Shown: positions 23,901-31,588 of the stretch, one piece after another
Layout of the letters: each line of letters opens with the position of its first letter
Position numbering within the stretch: the stretch's first letter is position 1
Origin: a virus
Taxonomy: Duplodnaviria > Heunggongvirae > Uroviricota > Caudoviricetes
Reading direction: 5' to 3' (one strand)
DNA length: 31,675 nucleotides
Virus record (IMG/VR): IMGVR_UViG_3300029705_000019
Notes under the pieces: model-generated
Seen by the model: only the letters and a program-made list of their open reading frames with translations
Database searches by the model: none
Told to the model about the DNA's origin: nothing
Translations under genes and position numbers: made by a program

Positions 23901-25008
23901 CCTTGCCTGATGTAGAGGCTGCTAATGTTCTTGAAGATAGAATCTTACCATCAAGTTCAAAATAAACAGTTTTTTCAACAAGGCCAACAACTGCATATCT
24001 AATATCAATACCGTTATTGTAAGATTCATTATCATAAACAATACTTGAGTTAAAAGAGGACCTTACTGTTAGCTCAACAACTTCAATATTGTAAACAATG
24101 GAACGAGAATTACCAAATACGTCAGTACATGTTATCTTAACTGTGTTTGCATCAGCAACTAAAAATGACGTAAGATCAACAATTTCACCCTCATCTTTCT
24201 GTTTACAATAAATGGTTTTCTTTTTAACACCATTTACTTGAATCACACATGTAAAATCACCTGTTGGAATATCATCCTCAAGTGAAGTAAATTTGAAGTT
24301 AACAGTAACAGTGTCTGTCGAAATTGTTGAGAAGTTTGTGCCTTGTGGTGACAGATTTGTTAATCGAACTTTTACATCAGATGCTGTTCCGCCGCCTGTT
24401 CCTGAAACAATTTCAACACCAGTATCTTCTAAAATTTGATCATTTGCTGTTAGATAAAGAATATTATTTTCATAATATAACCCATCAACCGCATCCGCAT
24501 CAATGAACTGAGAAAGACTCTTTCGTAAATCAGAAACTTCATTACCAATAGCTCTAACCGCATCACCTGCAGTAAGGTATGGTATACCATCATAGCTAAT
24601 ACGAATGTCAAGTAATTCTGCATCTAATGTTAGTTCAGAGTCAGTTGGGGCAATTAATTCATTTAAGCGCTCATTCAATACTCTGATACGTTCTTCAACA
24701 TCTGTTGTAACATATTGAAGTTCGTTAAATGTTTTAACGCCATTACCAATTTTTATTTTTGTATCGCCAGCAGCATAATCAAGATGCTTTCCACATACCT
24801 CACAATGAGTATATGCCGGATCGTAACCGTTAGCATGATGTGCTTCATATGCCGCAAGACATTCATCTGTTTTACTACAAACTTCACACTCTTCAACTAA
24901 CAGTTCACCCTCAGCAGGTATAATTGGAAGTTTATCATTGATTGAGGAGCTTGCGTCTCGCCATTCAGTAGTTGTACCACGGCGATGCTGAATTATAAGT
25001 TTTGACAC
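17992..25008 (-). CDS. Giant multidomain virion protein: Mtd_N-like (with Cys/His insert), beta-sandwich domains, LamG-like, CotH-type kinase-like, LRR, InlB-B-like repeats, BspA-type LRR
   Basis: 2338 aa, GTG start. 'IIQHRRGTTTEW...PAEGEL...KIKIGNG'; 'GLTFEIEF...SVYMDG...YSIRVYD'; 'QGTSSQYYVRKNWKVK', 'TDQRAKNMFL', 'PYFYDNDTSYG'; 'LKKIDLSNC'; many 'LPxSLTxIGxxxFxxCxxL' repeats. Confidence 0.8.
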   Translation of the reverse strand: MSKLIIQHRRGTTTEWRDASSSINDKLPIIPAEGELLVEECEVCSKTDECLAAYEAHHANGYDPAYTHCEVCGKHLDYAAGDTKIKIGNGVKTFNELQYVTTDVEERIRVLNERLNELIAPTDSELTLDAELLDIRISYDGIPYLTAGDAVRAIGNEVSDLRKSLSQFIDADAVDGLYYENNILYLTANDQILEDTGVEIVSGTGGGTASDVKVRLTNLSPQGTNFSTISTDTVTVNFKFTSLEDDIPTGDFTCVIQVNGVKKKTIYCKQKDEGEIVDLTSFLVADANTVKITCTDVFGNSRSIVYNIEVVELTVRSSFNSSIVYDNESYNNGIDIRYAVVGLVEKTVYFELDGKILSSRTLAASTSGKELSEVISWNTLSHGSHSLKIYAEAVIENATLKSNILHYDVLAYVKGETAPMIGSVYDVDTLSQGELVTIPYVVFDPNDAVCNVNLVITYCDNGVTKEYSRTTASVDQTLQTWNTRLYPVNDSVTFSIIYAPDDLDTPIIKSHTVKVTEAIIDVEPVGDPRLYLSSLGRNNNETNPASWTFYDEKYKSLITTTFSGFNWKSNGWVIDNNGDTCLRLSGGAQAVINFAPFHYTNSDSNYTGHTFNILNNGLTFEIEFAVHDVNNRDTTVLNCYLDGKGIQATADTAFIKSSKDTITCNYKDEERIKLTFTIDKDGTDAFGNDTPKFLSVYMDGYLSGVLSYTSNDFNHDGYIILGDTGCTLDVYSIRVYDQTITPREAVSNYIADLTDVQQKIELFDDNDIYTLAGLLSYESVKSKIPTITFTGSMPKSKGDKKIVTMDFSSPYDSSKDFANVYGGPIQVEIDVQGTSSQYYVRKNWKVKLKKKKDNVIVFDHAAYQHMDNEIPAKVFCIKVDYAEGTGTHNTQNANFVETLYSEIVPAQADDDRVRTTITGFPCVIYERETENDTPVFSSKGNFNFDKDAEEAFGFTEDYDVECWEFCNNTSDSCNFLGNFEASSYWLDDFEPRYTPYDFDKLEELEDLKKSADKGEATITDEQLADLSNRRAQMINNFKELHDWVVSTRNDVEKFKREFEDYFDMHYSLIYYVYTFVALMTDQRAKNMFLTRWGTKDENGNTVSKWYPYFYDNDTSYGINNEGYLVFDYYHEDTDQLGNVNVYNGQNSTLWTNFRKAFATEIRAMYASLRSDGKLSYDKIINQFITHGSGMWSASIYNEDAEYKYLTMARPENSSDGSVNTANLYQVRGNGEPHLKYFVQNRLKYCDSKWNAGDYPNDYVLMRINTPSEKIFPSDVKFESVTLAANESYTFCVTGTPTSTTTINYTNDNESGTIDAYINGDGFSVIKFFANYNGLYTFTTSNDYQIVEAGGSYPEGASDEEKAEIDRKNACIRKSLEVVPADPKITVTPFSDMYCGVKYKANGTLEQLRTKKNTPQTFGKTINETFNDTETAVFGASELSSLGNLAGLYCSILDTSAAGKLTVLQVGDKTDGYYNDALREVKVGANTLLKKIDLSNCIGLEQSVDLTRCVNIEEIYCLGTSISGITLPTAGYIKNLELPATITDFTITNHPNLYTENLKIGKTGLEVEHIKNLCIINCTNLDTSAIFEKCLETNTLERVRIDNVYWTEWSSDELRQLYTSKEDGGYGLKGLDVNNQPINEINISGTCILSEDMSGEDMAELVRHFPYLTFQMANGFVVTSIITFMNNEGTEVLHTETIEATTTINVTCPDPVIIDLIETPKRQSSVAYDYTWNGWSIQRSQDRVAQDDALKNILGNKTLFPAFIANIRSYTGAFYTGSNLLYDELIEYSQSIIFDASKVTDQSLLIDDGLGKLVPKNMASSSPDSYEFAGWLPADMKILGNTKFHAQFYIGDDAYYNIMLNDLIYASNADTQTISVLAYKNTNEPIARFPQYYTLEDGLTYQVDSIYGNDSTNENVTGFKNSLIEYIELPESLTIIGRETFSGCSSLTTVHIPSNVSLIEANAISKCPNLSYVYYNARNAVARNDSSLLGNTYPFSDSSTTSGMKVVIGPDVERINSFTFYQATLTPNMSYIYELDLTNANKCETIGSSAFNLCNLKSLKFNQHGALKSISNSAFANNYFIQELSLPDGIESIGIGSFESWNQLEKLSIPSSLTSMDGAFRYCEKLRTFNIAENSIFEFSNGALIDTTNRKLVFGTSDAIITNDISTVAAYAFAGCEDLTSMYVPANVTHLSTETFSGCTSLANITFEDGITTIGSQCFYRCQSLHEINLPNTLQRIETNAFGESVIKKLVIPASVTYLGLNICLGCKELEEVTILNPNPSADFMLVTIDGVRKLFEGCTKLTKINVAWSEDVILGSEETFWGAPNDNVVINYNYTEVE

Positions 25009-25056
25009 TTGAAATCACGCTCTCCTTAACTTATTTATAGTTATACTATATGATAA

Positions 25057-25065
25057 TATATACAA
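25057..25065 (-). promoter_or_regulatory. TTGTATATA motif (putative late promoter) upstream of the giant gene
   Basis: Exact copy abutting the upstream terminator hairpin. Confidence 0.6.
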
Positions 25066-25098
25066 GAAGGGCGGTATGTGAAACTCCACATACCGCCC
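25064..25098 (-). terminator. Rho-independent terminator after the 669-aa fibre gene
   Basis: 12-bp GC-rich stem GGGCGGTATGTG/CACATACCGCCC, 6-nt loop, then TTCTT on the minus strand. Confidence 0.75.
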
Positions 25099-25129
25099 AT
25101 TGTGTTTATATTATTAAATAGTTTCTAAA

Positions 25130-27139
25130 TTAGTCAGCGCCACCACAATCAAAGATGATTTCTGCTCCACTCTGATCAGTAACAGCACCATCAGTTACCT
25201 TGAGGTAGTTAGCTTTAACAGCATCGACATCTGTTCTAAGAGTAGTAATATTGCTCTCATTAGTGGAAACTCTACCTGTGAGTGCAGTAACATCAGAAGC
25301 TTTTGCATATGCGCTATGATCAATTGCTTCAAGAGTCTTGATTCTACCATCAAGAGCTGTATCCTTCGCAACAAGTTCACCAATATCTGACTCAATCTCG
25401 GTAATCTTCGTACTGTATGCTTCTTGATCAACTTTCTTATTAATGTTAGCCTGAAGAGTAACATCAGCAGCCTTATATGCTTCATCAAGATCGTCAATTC
25501 TTTCACCAAGAGCAGTATCTGCATTTGTACGAGCTGTTACTTCGTTAGCGATATCAGTCTTGTTTGTTGCAGCCTGAGAAGCAGCACCCGCGGCAACTGA
25601 TTCAACAGCATCCATTTCAGTCTGAAGTGTGTTAATGTCACTTTCAGCTGTGCCAAGACGTGTACCGATACCACTTACTGTATCAGAAATAGTCTTGTCT
25701 GCAGCTTTGTATGCAGCTTCGATTGCATCTTCACGCTCATCTGTGTATGCTTTTGCACTATTAAGTGTAGCTGTATCAGCTGACTCACGATTTGCAGTCT
25801 CAGCAGCGACAGCTGAACTTATTGCAGACTCAACAGTTCCAGTAATACCGTCAAGTTTACCTTCAACGGCTTCAACACGACCATCAAGTTCTTCAATTGC
25901 TGCAAGCTCTGCTGTTGTGCTACCAAACTCTACCCATTCAGAACCGTCAAATACGAATTCCTTACCTGAGTCATCCCCACTGGTAATAACATATACATCA
26001 CCTTTTTGAGCTGTTTCAGGAAGAGCAGCACCTGCACCAACGAAGTCCATAACGTTGCTTACGTTCGCAAGTTTAGTTTCAATTGCAGTAATTTTACCGC
26101 TCATTGTTGTGTCAGCACTCTCGAGCTCAGTCATCTTTGCATTGTAAGTAGTTGTATCAACTTTCTTAGCAATGTCAGCCTGAAGAGCTGTTTTAGCAGC
26201 ATCTACATCATCATCAATTTCTTTGGAAATTGTTGTATGAAGAGCTTCATCCTGATCATCAGCATAATCTTTAGCAGAATTCAGCGTTGTTGTATCAGCA
26301 TTCTGTCTATTGGTAATTTCTGTTTGAAGATCACCTGCAACACCCTCAGCATAAGACTGAGCATCATCCGCAGCGTTCTGAGCTGCTTCAGCAGCATTGT
26401 TTGCTTTTGCTACTTCAGTATCTGTATAAGCCTTTGCATCAGTCAATGCCTTTGCAATGGAACCATTACCTGTGCCTTGAATTGTTTCCAGCTTACCTTC
26501 TGCAGTTGTTAATCTATCAGCAAGACCACTTTCGATGCCTTCAGCACGGGACTTTTCTGCATTAACAAGACCATCAGCATAAGTCTTTGCATCAGCAAGA
26601 GCCTTTGCAATAGAACCAACAGTGGTAGCATCAGCACTCATGATGGTTGCAATATTAGCAGCATTCGCATCAGCTTTATCTTCAACAGCCTCAAGCTGAG
26701 CAGTTGTTGCATAACCACCAAGAGTTGTATTATTGATTTCATCAATAGCACTCTGGAGATTAGTTAATGTTGTTGCAGTACTATCTTTATATGAGTTGAA
26801 ATCAGATGTGGCAACTTTTGCATTAAGAGCTGCCTGAAGACCTGTAATCTTGGAAATGTCGAGAGCAGGAATATCTGCTACATCAAGACTTGATTTCTTT
26901 GCCCAACCATAAACGTCCTGAGCTTTAGCATAGAGCCAAGGTGAACCAGCAAATGTAGCATCACCTTTACCAACTTTTGCTAGAAAATGAGGAATTTCAT
27001 TGCCCTGAGCATCAGTAGTAGTAACTTTGGCAAGAACTATTTCGCCTTCAAGGAGAGTTAATGAACTATTTTCCCATGCTGTTAATTCAGCGTTTTTGGT
27101 AATAATTCTAGTTTTGATATTAGCCATAATTGTGTTCAT
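25130..27139 (-). CDS. Alpha-helical coiled-coil fibre with N-terminal Mtd_N-like domain and C-terminal IIFDCGGAD
   Basis: 669 aa (start may be ATG 27127, MANIKTRII). Repeats 'GSIAKALxDAKxYxD' x2, 'TLNSAKxYxD' x2, 'ExxxRxxAD'. Small globular insert 'LPETAQKGDVYVI...EFVFDGSEWVEFG'. Confidence 0.8.
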   Translation of the reverse strand: MNTIMANIKTRIITKNAELTAWENSSLTLLEGEIVLAKVTTTDAQGNEIPHFLAKVGKGDATFAGSPWLYAKAQDVYGWAKKSSLDVADIPALDISKITGLQAALNAKVATSDFNSYKDSTATTLTNLQSAIDEINNTTLGGYATTAQLEAVEDKADANAANIATIMSADATTVGSIAKALADAKTYADGLVNAEKSRAEGIESGLADRLTTAEGKLETIQGTGNGSIAKALTDAKAYTDTEVAKANNAAEAAQNAADDAQSYAEGVAGDLQTEITNRQNADTTTLNSAKDYADDQDEALHTTISKEIDDDVDAAKTALQADIAKKVDTTTYNAKMTELESADTTMSGKITAIETKLANVSNVMDFVGAGAALPETAQKGDVYVITSGDDSGKEFVFDGSEWVEFGSTTAELAAIEELDGRVEAVEGKLDGITGTVESAISSAVAAETANRESADTATLNSAKAYTDEREDAIEAAYKAADKTISDTVSGIGTRLGTAESDINTLQTEMDAVESVAAGAASQAATNKTDIANEVTARTNADTALGERIDDLDEAYKAADVTLQANINKKVDQEAYSTKITEIESDIGELVAKDTALDGRIKTLEAIDHSAYAKASDVTALTGRVSTNESNITTLRTDVDAVKANYLKVTDGAVTDQSGAEIIFDCGGAD

Positions 27140-27175
27140 TACCTTTCAATATTTATTTTAATTAGAACTGTAATA

Positions 27176-27212
27176 TGAGCGGAGAAATAATATTAAATTG
27201 TCTCTCCGCTCA
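27176..27212 (-). terminator. Intergenic stem-loop between the 979-aa and 669-aa genes
   Basis: 10-bp stem TGAGCGGAGA/TCTCCGCTCA, 17-nt loop, no U-tract. Confidence 0.45.
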
Positions 27213-27240
27213 CATCAGCTTTATCTTATTTTATAATTTA

Positions 27241-30180
27241 TTATACAGCGCAAGTACCACCATTGAGAACGAGCTCTGACGCGCCATCGACGAGCTTATC
27301 AACACTAATTGTATTGACGCTCATCTTGCCATCATCAGCGACAGCAATTTCATTAACAGCGTCTGAAGAAAGAACACCACCAAGAGTAGAGGCAGTTGCA
27401 ACAGCGAGTTCATACTTACCAGCGTCAACAGCAGCTGTAATAGCAGCCATTACATTAGCAGGTTCATCTTCGCCACCAATGCCAGCAAGTAAGGTATCGT
27501 GACCATCAAGTCTAGTAACAATACCAGCAACTTCAGTGCCATTCTGTTTAACCTGATTAATAAGCTCAATTACTGAGTCAAGTTCTTCTGAAGGATTTTC
27601 AGTTAAAAGGGCAATCTTATCATCAAGTGCTTTTTCAGCTGCGGTTGCACGAGCAATTTCGTCAGCAAGCTTACCAGTTGCAGAACCATCTTCCGCTTCA
27701 CTGTAAATAGCAGCAATATCAGAAGCATTTTGAGCAATGTCTGCTTTTACCTGAGTGTCGTCATATGTTGCAGCTGTCTTAGCAGCTTCAATCATTTCAA
27801 CAACGGTCTTACCATCTTCAACAGTACCAATCTTATTGTTTACTGCATCAACGGCAGTTTGATCAGCTTTGCCAGCAAGTGTTGTGTTGATTGCACTAAT
27901 CTGGCCAGCTATTTCAGCATCAGCAGCCTTGTAATTTGTTTCAAGATTTGTAATATTGCCTTCTACTTGACCAATTTTTGTATTGATGTTTTCAATAGAA
28001 GTTGTGAAACCTGCGTCAGTTGTCTTCAGCGTCTGAATATCACCTTTGATTGTTGAGATATCAGAAGAATTTGTTGCTGAAGTAGACTCAACTGCGCCAA
28101 CACGAGTTGCAAGAGATTCAATGTCGTTCTTGTTGAGTGTTACTTGACCATTGGTTGCTGTAAGTGCGTCAACAGCTGATTTAGCAGCTGCTGCATCATC
28201 AACACCTTTCTGAGCAAGAGCTTTAGCTTCTGCAACAGAACCACTTGTATTTGCATCACCCTGAAGTGTAGCAAGTGCATTGTCATGAGCTGTATCTTTT
28301 GCTGTAGAACGAGCCACTTCAGCTTCAAGTGAAAGTTTAACATCGGCAGCTGATTCACCACCAGTAACTTGTGCAACTTTATCAGCAATCAACTGAATTG
28401 TTTCAGATCTTGTAGGTGCATCCACAACAATCTTCATTGTGGTTCCGTCAATTGTTACACCTTCCGGTATACCCTCAACAGCTTCAATACCATTTTCAGG
28501 ATCTGCTTCAACAGCTGCAACAGCATGAGCAATTGTACCATTGTCAACTTTTGTAGCTAGATCAGTTGCATGATCATCTTTTGTTACATATGTATTAGCA
28601 ACTTCGCTTGCAACTGCATAACCTTTTGCTTCAACGTCAGAAACAGCACCTTCTCTTGCATTGGTAATAGCTTGAGTATTATCTGTCTTAAACTGATCAA
28701 ATGTTTCGTTTGAAACAACATCAGCTGACTTAGCATAATCACCAATACCAAGATCATCAATTGCGCCACTTATAGCAGAATCAATTGCATCATTATTGTA
28801 ATCATCTTTATGAGCTGTTACATAATCATCAATTGTCTTCTGAGCAGCAGCTGCATCATCGACACCCTTCTGAGCCTTTGTATCAACTTCACCAAGAGCT
28901 GTAACAGTTGCTACAACATTTTCATCAATTGAAAATTCATTACCAGTAAGAGTTAAACCATTACCAGCGGTGTAAGTCTGAACAAAATCTGCAACGGCAA
29001 CGGAATCAGTCTTTGTTGATCCATCACCCATTGTCCATGTGAAGTTAATAGTACCATTTTCTGCATCATATGATACATCATCAAGGAAACTATCTTCAAC
29101 AAACTTAGAAGCATCAACAGAACTAATGACATTGTTATTAAGGTCTTTAATAACGATTAACTGATTACCGGATTCAGCATCTGGCTCAATTGCAATTTGA
29201 AGACCCTCAATTTCCTGATCGAGAATATCATCAGCATAATCTTTAGCATTCTGTTCGGCTGTTGCAGCAGCTGTTGCAGCTGCACCCTTTGCTTCATATG
29301 TATTAGAAAGATCAAGAGCTGTAATTTTTGCATCGATAGCATCATCAACCTGTTCAGCAGTCTGAGCAGCCTCAGCTGTTTCTTTAACACCATTGAGCTC
29401 AGTCTTTGTTGCATAGGTTTCAGTAATGTTAAGATTTTCGATTGCTGTAACTCTATTAGCAAGTGCAGTGTCATCATATTCAGCAACAACGATTGCTTCA
29501 CCAACAGGTGTGCCATCTTTTGTTAATTGATATGTAACAGAACCTTCGCTTTCAGTCTTAGTTACTGAATATTCAGGATGAACAACTTCAGGAATATTTG
29601 CAGTAACTGTATAAGTTACAATATCTCCTTCTGTTGCGCTTGTAATTGTAACTGATTCATCACCAGCAACAACTTTTGTGATTGTGTTACCATCGCCTTC
29701 AACAACAGCGCTAACAGGTACCCATTTAACTTCTAAATGAGATTCTTCTTCAACACCGTTTGCTTCATCAGCTTCAACATCAACCACTTTTGCAACCTGA
29801 GGAAGATATCCAACTTCAGCACTTGTAAGGGCAGAGAAGCCTTTAATGCTTACTTCGCCATCTTCTGATACTTCAACGGATACATTATCACCAACAGGTG
29901 CAGTGCCTACTTTCTTAAGGTAAACATCATACTCATTTTCACCGATTGTATACTTACCCTGAGAATCAGCTGTGATAATGTACACAATACCTTCAGTAGC
30001 GATTACCTGATCAACGTATGCTTTTGTATTTGTAGCTGCATAAATAACAGCTGCATCATAATTTTCTTGAATTGACGTAAAGTCAAGCGGAATACCATAG
30101 TCACGTTTGATGGTATTGGAAAGACCCATCTGGTTACCCGCATTGACTAAACTTAGAATTTCATTATAGTTGTTAGCCAT
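27241..30180 (-). CDS. Long acidic fibre protein (mixed beta and coiled-coil), C-terminal LVLNGGT
   Basis: 979 aa, GGAGG RBS. N-terminal 'IKRDYGIPLD...AVIYA...AYVDQVI' domain; 'YTAGNGLTL'; 'AQKGVDDAAAA' x2; heptads; 'LAVATASTLGGV' fibre motif near the end. Confidence 0.8.
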   Translation of the reverse strand: MANNYNEILSLVNAGNQMGLSNTIKRDYGIPLDFTSIQENYDAAVIYAATNTKAYVDQVIATEGIVYIITADSQGKYTIGENEYDVYLKKVGTAPVGDNVSVEVSEDGEVSIKGFSALTSAEVGYLPQVAKVVDVEADEANGVEEESHLEVKWVPVSAVVEGDGNTITKVVAGDESVTITSATEGDIVTYTVTANIPEVVHPEYSVTKTESEGSVTYQLTKDGTPVGEAIVVAEYDDTALANRVTAIENLNITETYATKTELNGVKETAEAAQTAEQVDDAIDAKITALDLSNTYEAKGAAATAAATAEQNAKDYADDILDQEIEGLQIAIEPDAESGNQLIVIKDLNNNVISSVDASKFVEDSFLDDVSYDAENGTINFTWTMGDGSTKTDSVAVADFVQTYTAGNGLTLTGNEFSIDENVVATVTALGEVDTKAQKGVDDAAAAQKTIDDYVTAHKDDYNNDAIDSAISGAIDDLGIGDYAKSADVVSNETFDQFKTDNTQAITNAREGAVSDVEAKGYAVASEVANTYVTKDDHATDLATKVDNGTIAHAVAAVEADPENGIEAVEGIPEGVTIDGTTMKIVVDAPTRSETIQLIADKVAQVTGGESAADVKLSLEAEVARSTAKDTAHDNALATLQGDANTSGSVAEAKALAQKGVDDAAAAKSAVDALTATNGQVTLNKNDIESLATRVGAVESTSATNSSDISTIKGDIQTLKTTDAGFTTSIENINTKIGQVEGNITNLETNYKAADAEIAGQISAINTTLAGKADQTAVDAVNNKIGTVEDGKTVVEMIEAAKTAATYDDTQVKADIAQNASDIAAIYSEAEDGSATGKLADEIARATAAEKALDDKIALLTENPSEELDSVIELINQVKQNGTEVAGIVTRLDGHDTLLAGIGGEDEPANVMAAITAAVDAGKYELAVATASTLGGVLSSDAVNEIAVADDGKMSVNTISVDKLVDGASELVLNGGTCAV

Positions 30181-30202
30181 TATTATATCTTTCCTCCATC
30201 AA

Positions 30203-31387
30203 TTATTTCCAAGTTAAGACAAGTTTCTTATCTGCATCAATTCCAGCTTTCCAGTCTACAAAGAACATATCATAGTTTGTACCTTCGTAGCTGTTTGCGC
30301 CTTCAACACTAACAGCATTTGCAACTTTTGTAAATGTAACGGGTGCGTTCATTGCAGCTGCGTCTGTTGCTTCAACACTTGTATATTCACCGGCCTTTGC
30401 AAAGAAAAATACTTGCTGAGAACCAGCTGCAACAACAAATGGAGCTGTTGAAGTAGTTGTTGGAAGACCCTTTGTACTTGTACCTTTATTTGATAGTGCA
30501 CGTACAATCGCAGAAGTAACCTGAGGAACACCATTTTCATCAACTGAAATTGCTTCGGCTGCAGATTTGATGCCCCAGAAGGGTTTACGGAAACCAGTTG
30601 CTTTAACTGCTACATTACTGAAGGTCTTTGTAGTTGTACCCTCAGCATCGAAACCTGTAATTTTACCAGCTGCATATTCAGCACCAACATTATTAAGAGG
30701 TGTATAAGCACCACTTGCATCAAGAGTAGCTGTACCGTTTAAGTACGCATATGTTGAAGATGATTCAGAATTAATCTGCTGATAACCATCAGATGTAAGT
30801 GTAAATGTACCATCTTCAGTTGCACCAGTCTGCGAATCAATTGTGTTAGTGATAGACCATGTTACATTGCTTGCTTTAAGACCAGTAACATTACTTGTGC
30901 TATTGTTTGTAGTACCATAAGTGCCACTATTGTTTACATCTTTGTAACTACCAGCTGAGAAACTACCAGACCAAGCAAACTTTGTTATCTTTGAACCAAT
31001 TTCAAAGTCACCGGTATCAGTTGTAACAGTTCCTACAGCTAATGTTGCATTTGGATAATTAATTTTTGGATTAAGAATTTCGGAAAGAGCATCCATGATC
31101 CACTGTGAAGTAGTCATGCCTTTACCACCAGCATTTACATAACCATTCTTAGTTACATGGCGACCGAAATTATAGGTAAGAGTCTGATCTTCTTCAAAAA
31201 CACCTTCAACTTGAGGAAGGTCTTTCCACTTATCAGTACCATTACCTGCCTTAACAATGACATTGCCATTATCGAGATATCCAACACCAACTTCACCAGA
31301 TTCAAGTACTCTCTCAGAGTTAGCCCAATCTGTTGTTGAGTCATTTCTCAGTATAATGACAGTATTTAATTGTTTCTTATCTGCCAT
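30203..31387 (-). CDS. Fibre-associated protein: Mtd_N-like N-terminus plus beta-sandwich domains
   Basis: 394 aa, AAGGTG RBS. 'NTVIILRNDSTTDWANSERVLESGEVGV...VKAGNGTDKWKDLP' is the clearest match to the hyaluronidase-N/Mtd_N pattern. Confidence 0.8.
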   Translation of the reverse strand: MADKKQLNTVIILRNDSTTDWANSERVLESGEVGVGYLDNGNVIVKAGNGTDKWKDLPQVEGVFEEDQTLTYNFGRHVTKNGYVNAGGKGMTTSQWIMDALSEILNPKINYPNATLAVGTVTTDTGDFEIGSKITKFAWSGSFSAGSYKDVNNSGTYGTTNNSTSNVTGLKASNVTWSITNTIDSQTGATEDGTFTLTSDGYQQINSESSSTYAYLNGTATLDASGAYTPLNNVGAEYAAGKITGFDAEGTTTKTFSNVAVKATGFRKPFWGIKSAAEAISVDENGVPQVTSAIVRALSNKGTSTKGLPTTTSTAPFVVAAGSQQVFFFAKAGEYTSVEATDAAAMNAPVTFTKVANAVSVEGANSYEGTNYDMFFVDWKAGIDADKKLVLTWK

Positions 31388-31553
31388 TTATTATTTCACC
31401 TTTCTAAAAAGATATTGAAACATTTTTTAATAAATGAAGATTTAATTGAAACTATGAGGATGTAGCAAAAATATTTAAACCACATCCTCATTTCAATCAC
31501 ACAATATTTGAGAGAAATCTCAACGATATTCACTTCATTTTCTTCTACAACAA

Positions 31554-31562
31554 TATATACAA
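31554..31562 (-). promoter_or_regulatory. TTGTATATA motif (putative late promoter) upstream of the 394-aa gene
   Basis: Exact copy in the intergenic gap, followed by a leader of about 165 nt containing hairpins. Confidence 0.55.
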
Positions 31563-31588
31563 TAATTACCTATATTGTATCTTTTGAA

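Noticed and set aside
11583-31387. Diversity-generating retroelement, suggested by the Mtd_N-like domains
   Set aside because: No reverse transcriptase, no template/variable repeat pair differing at adenines and no C-type-lectin-like variable tip seen in this window.
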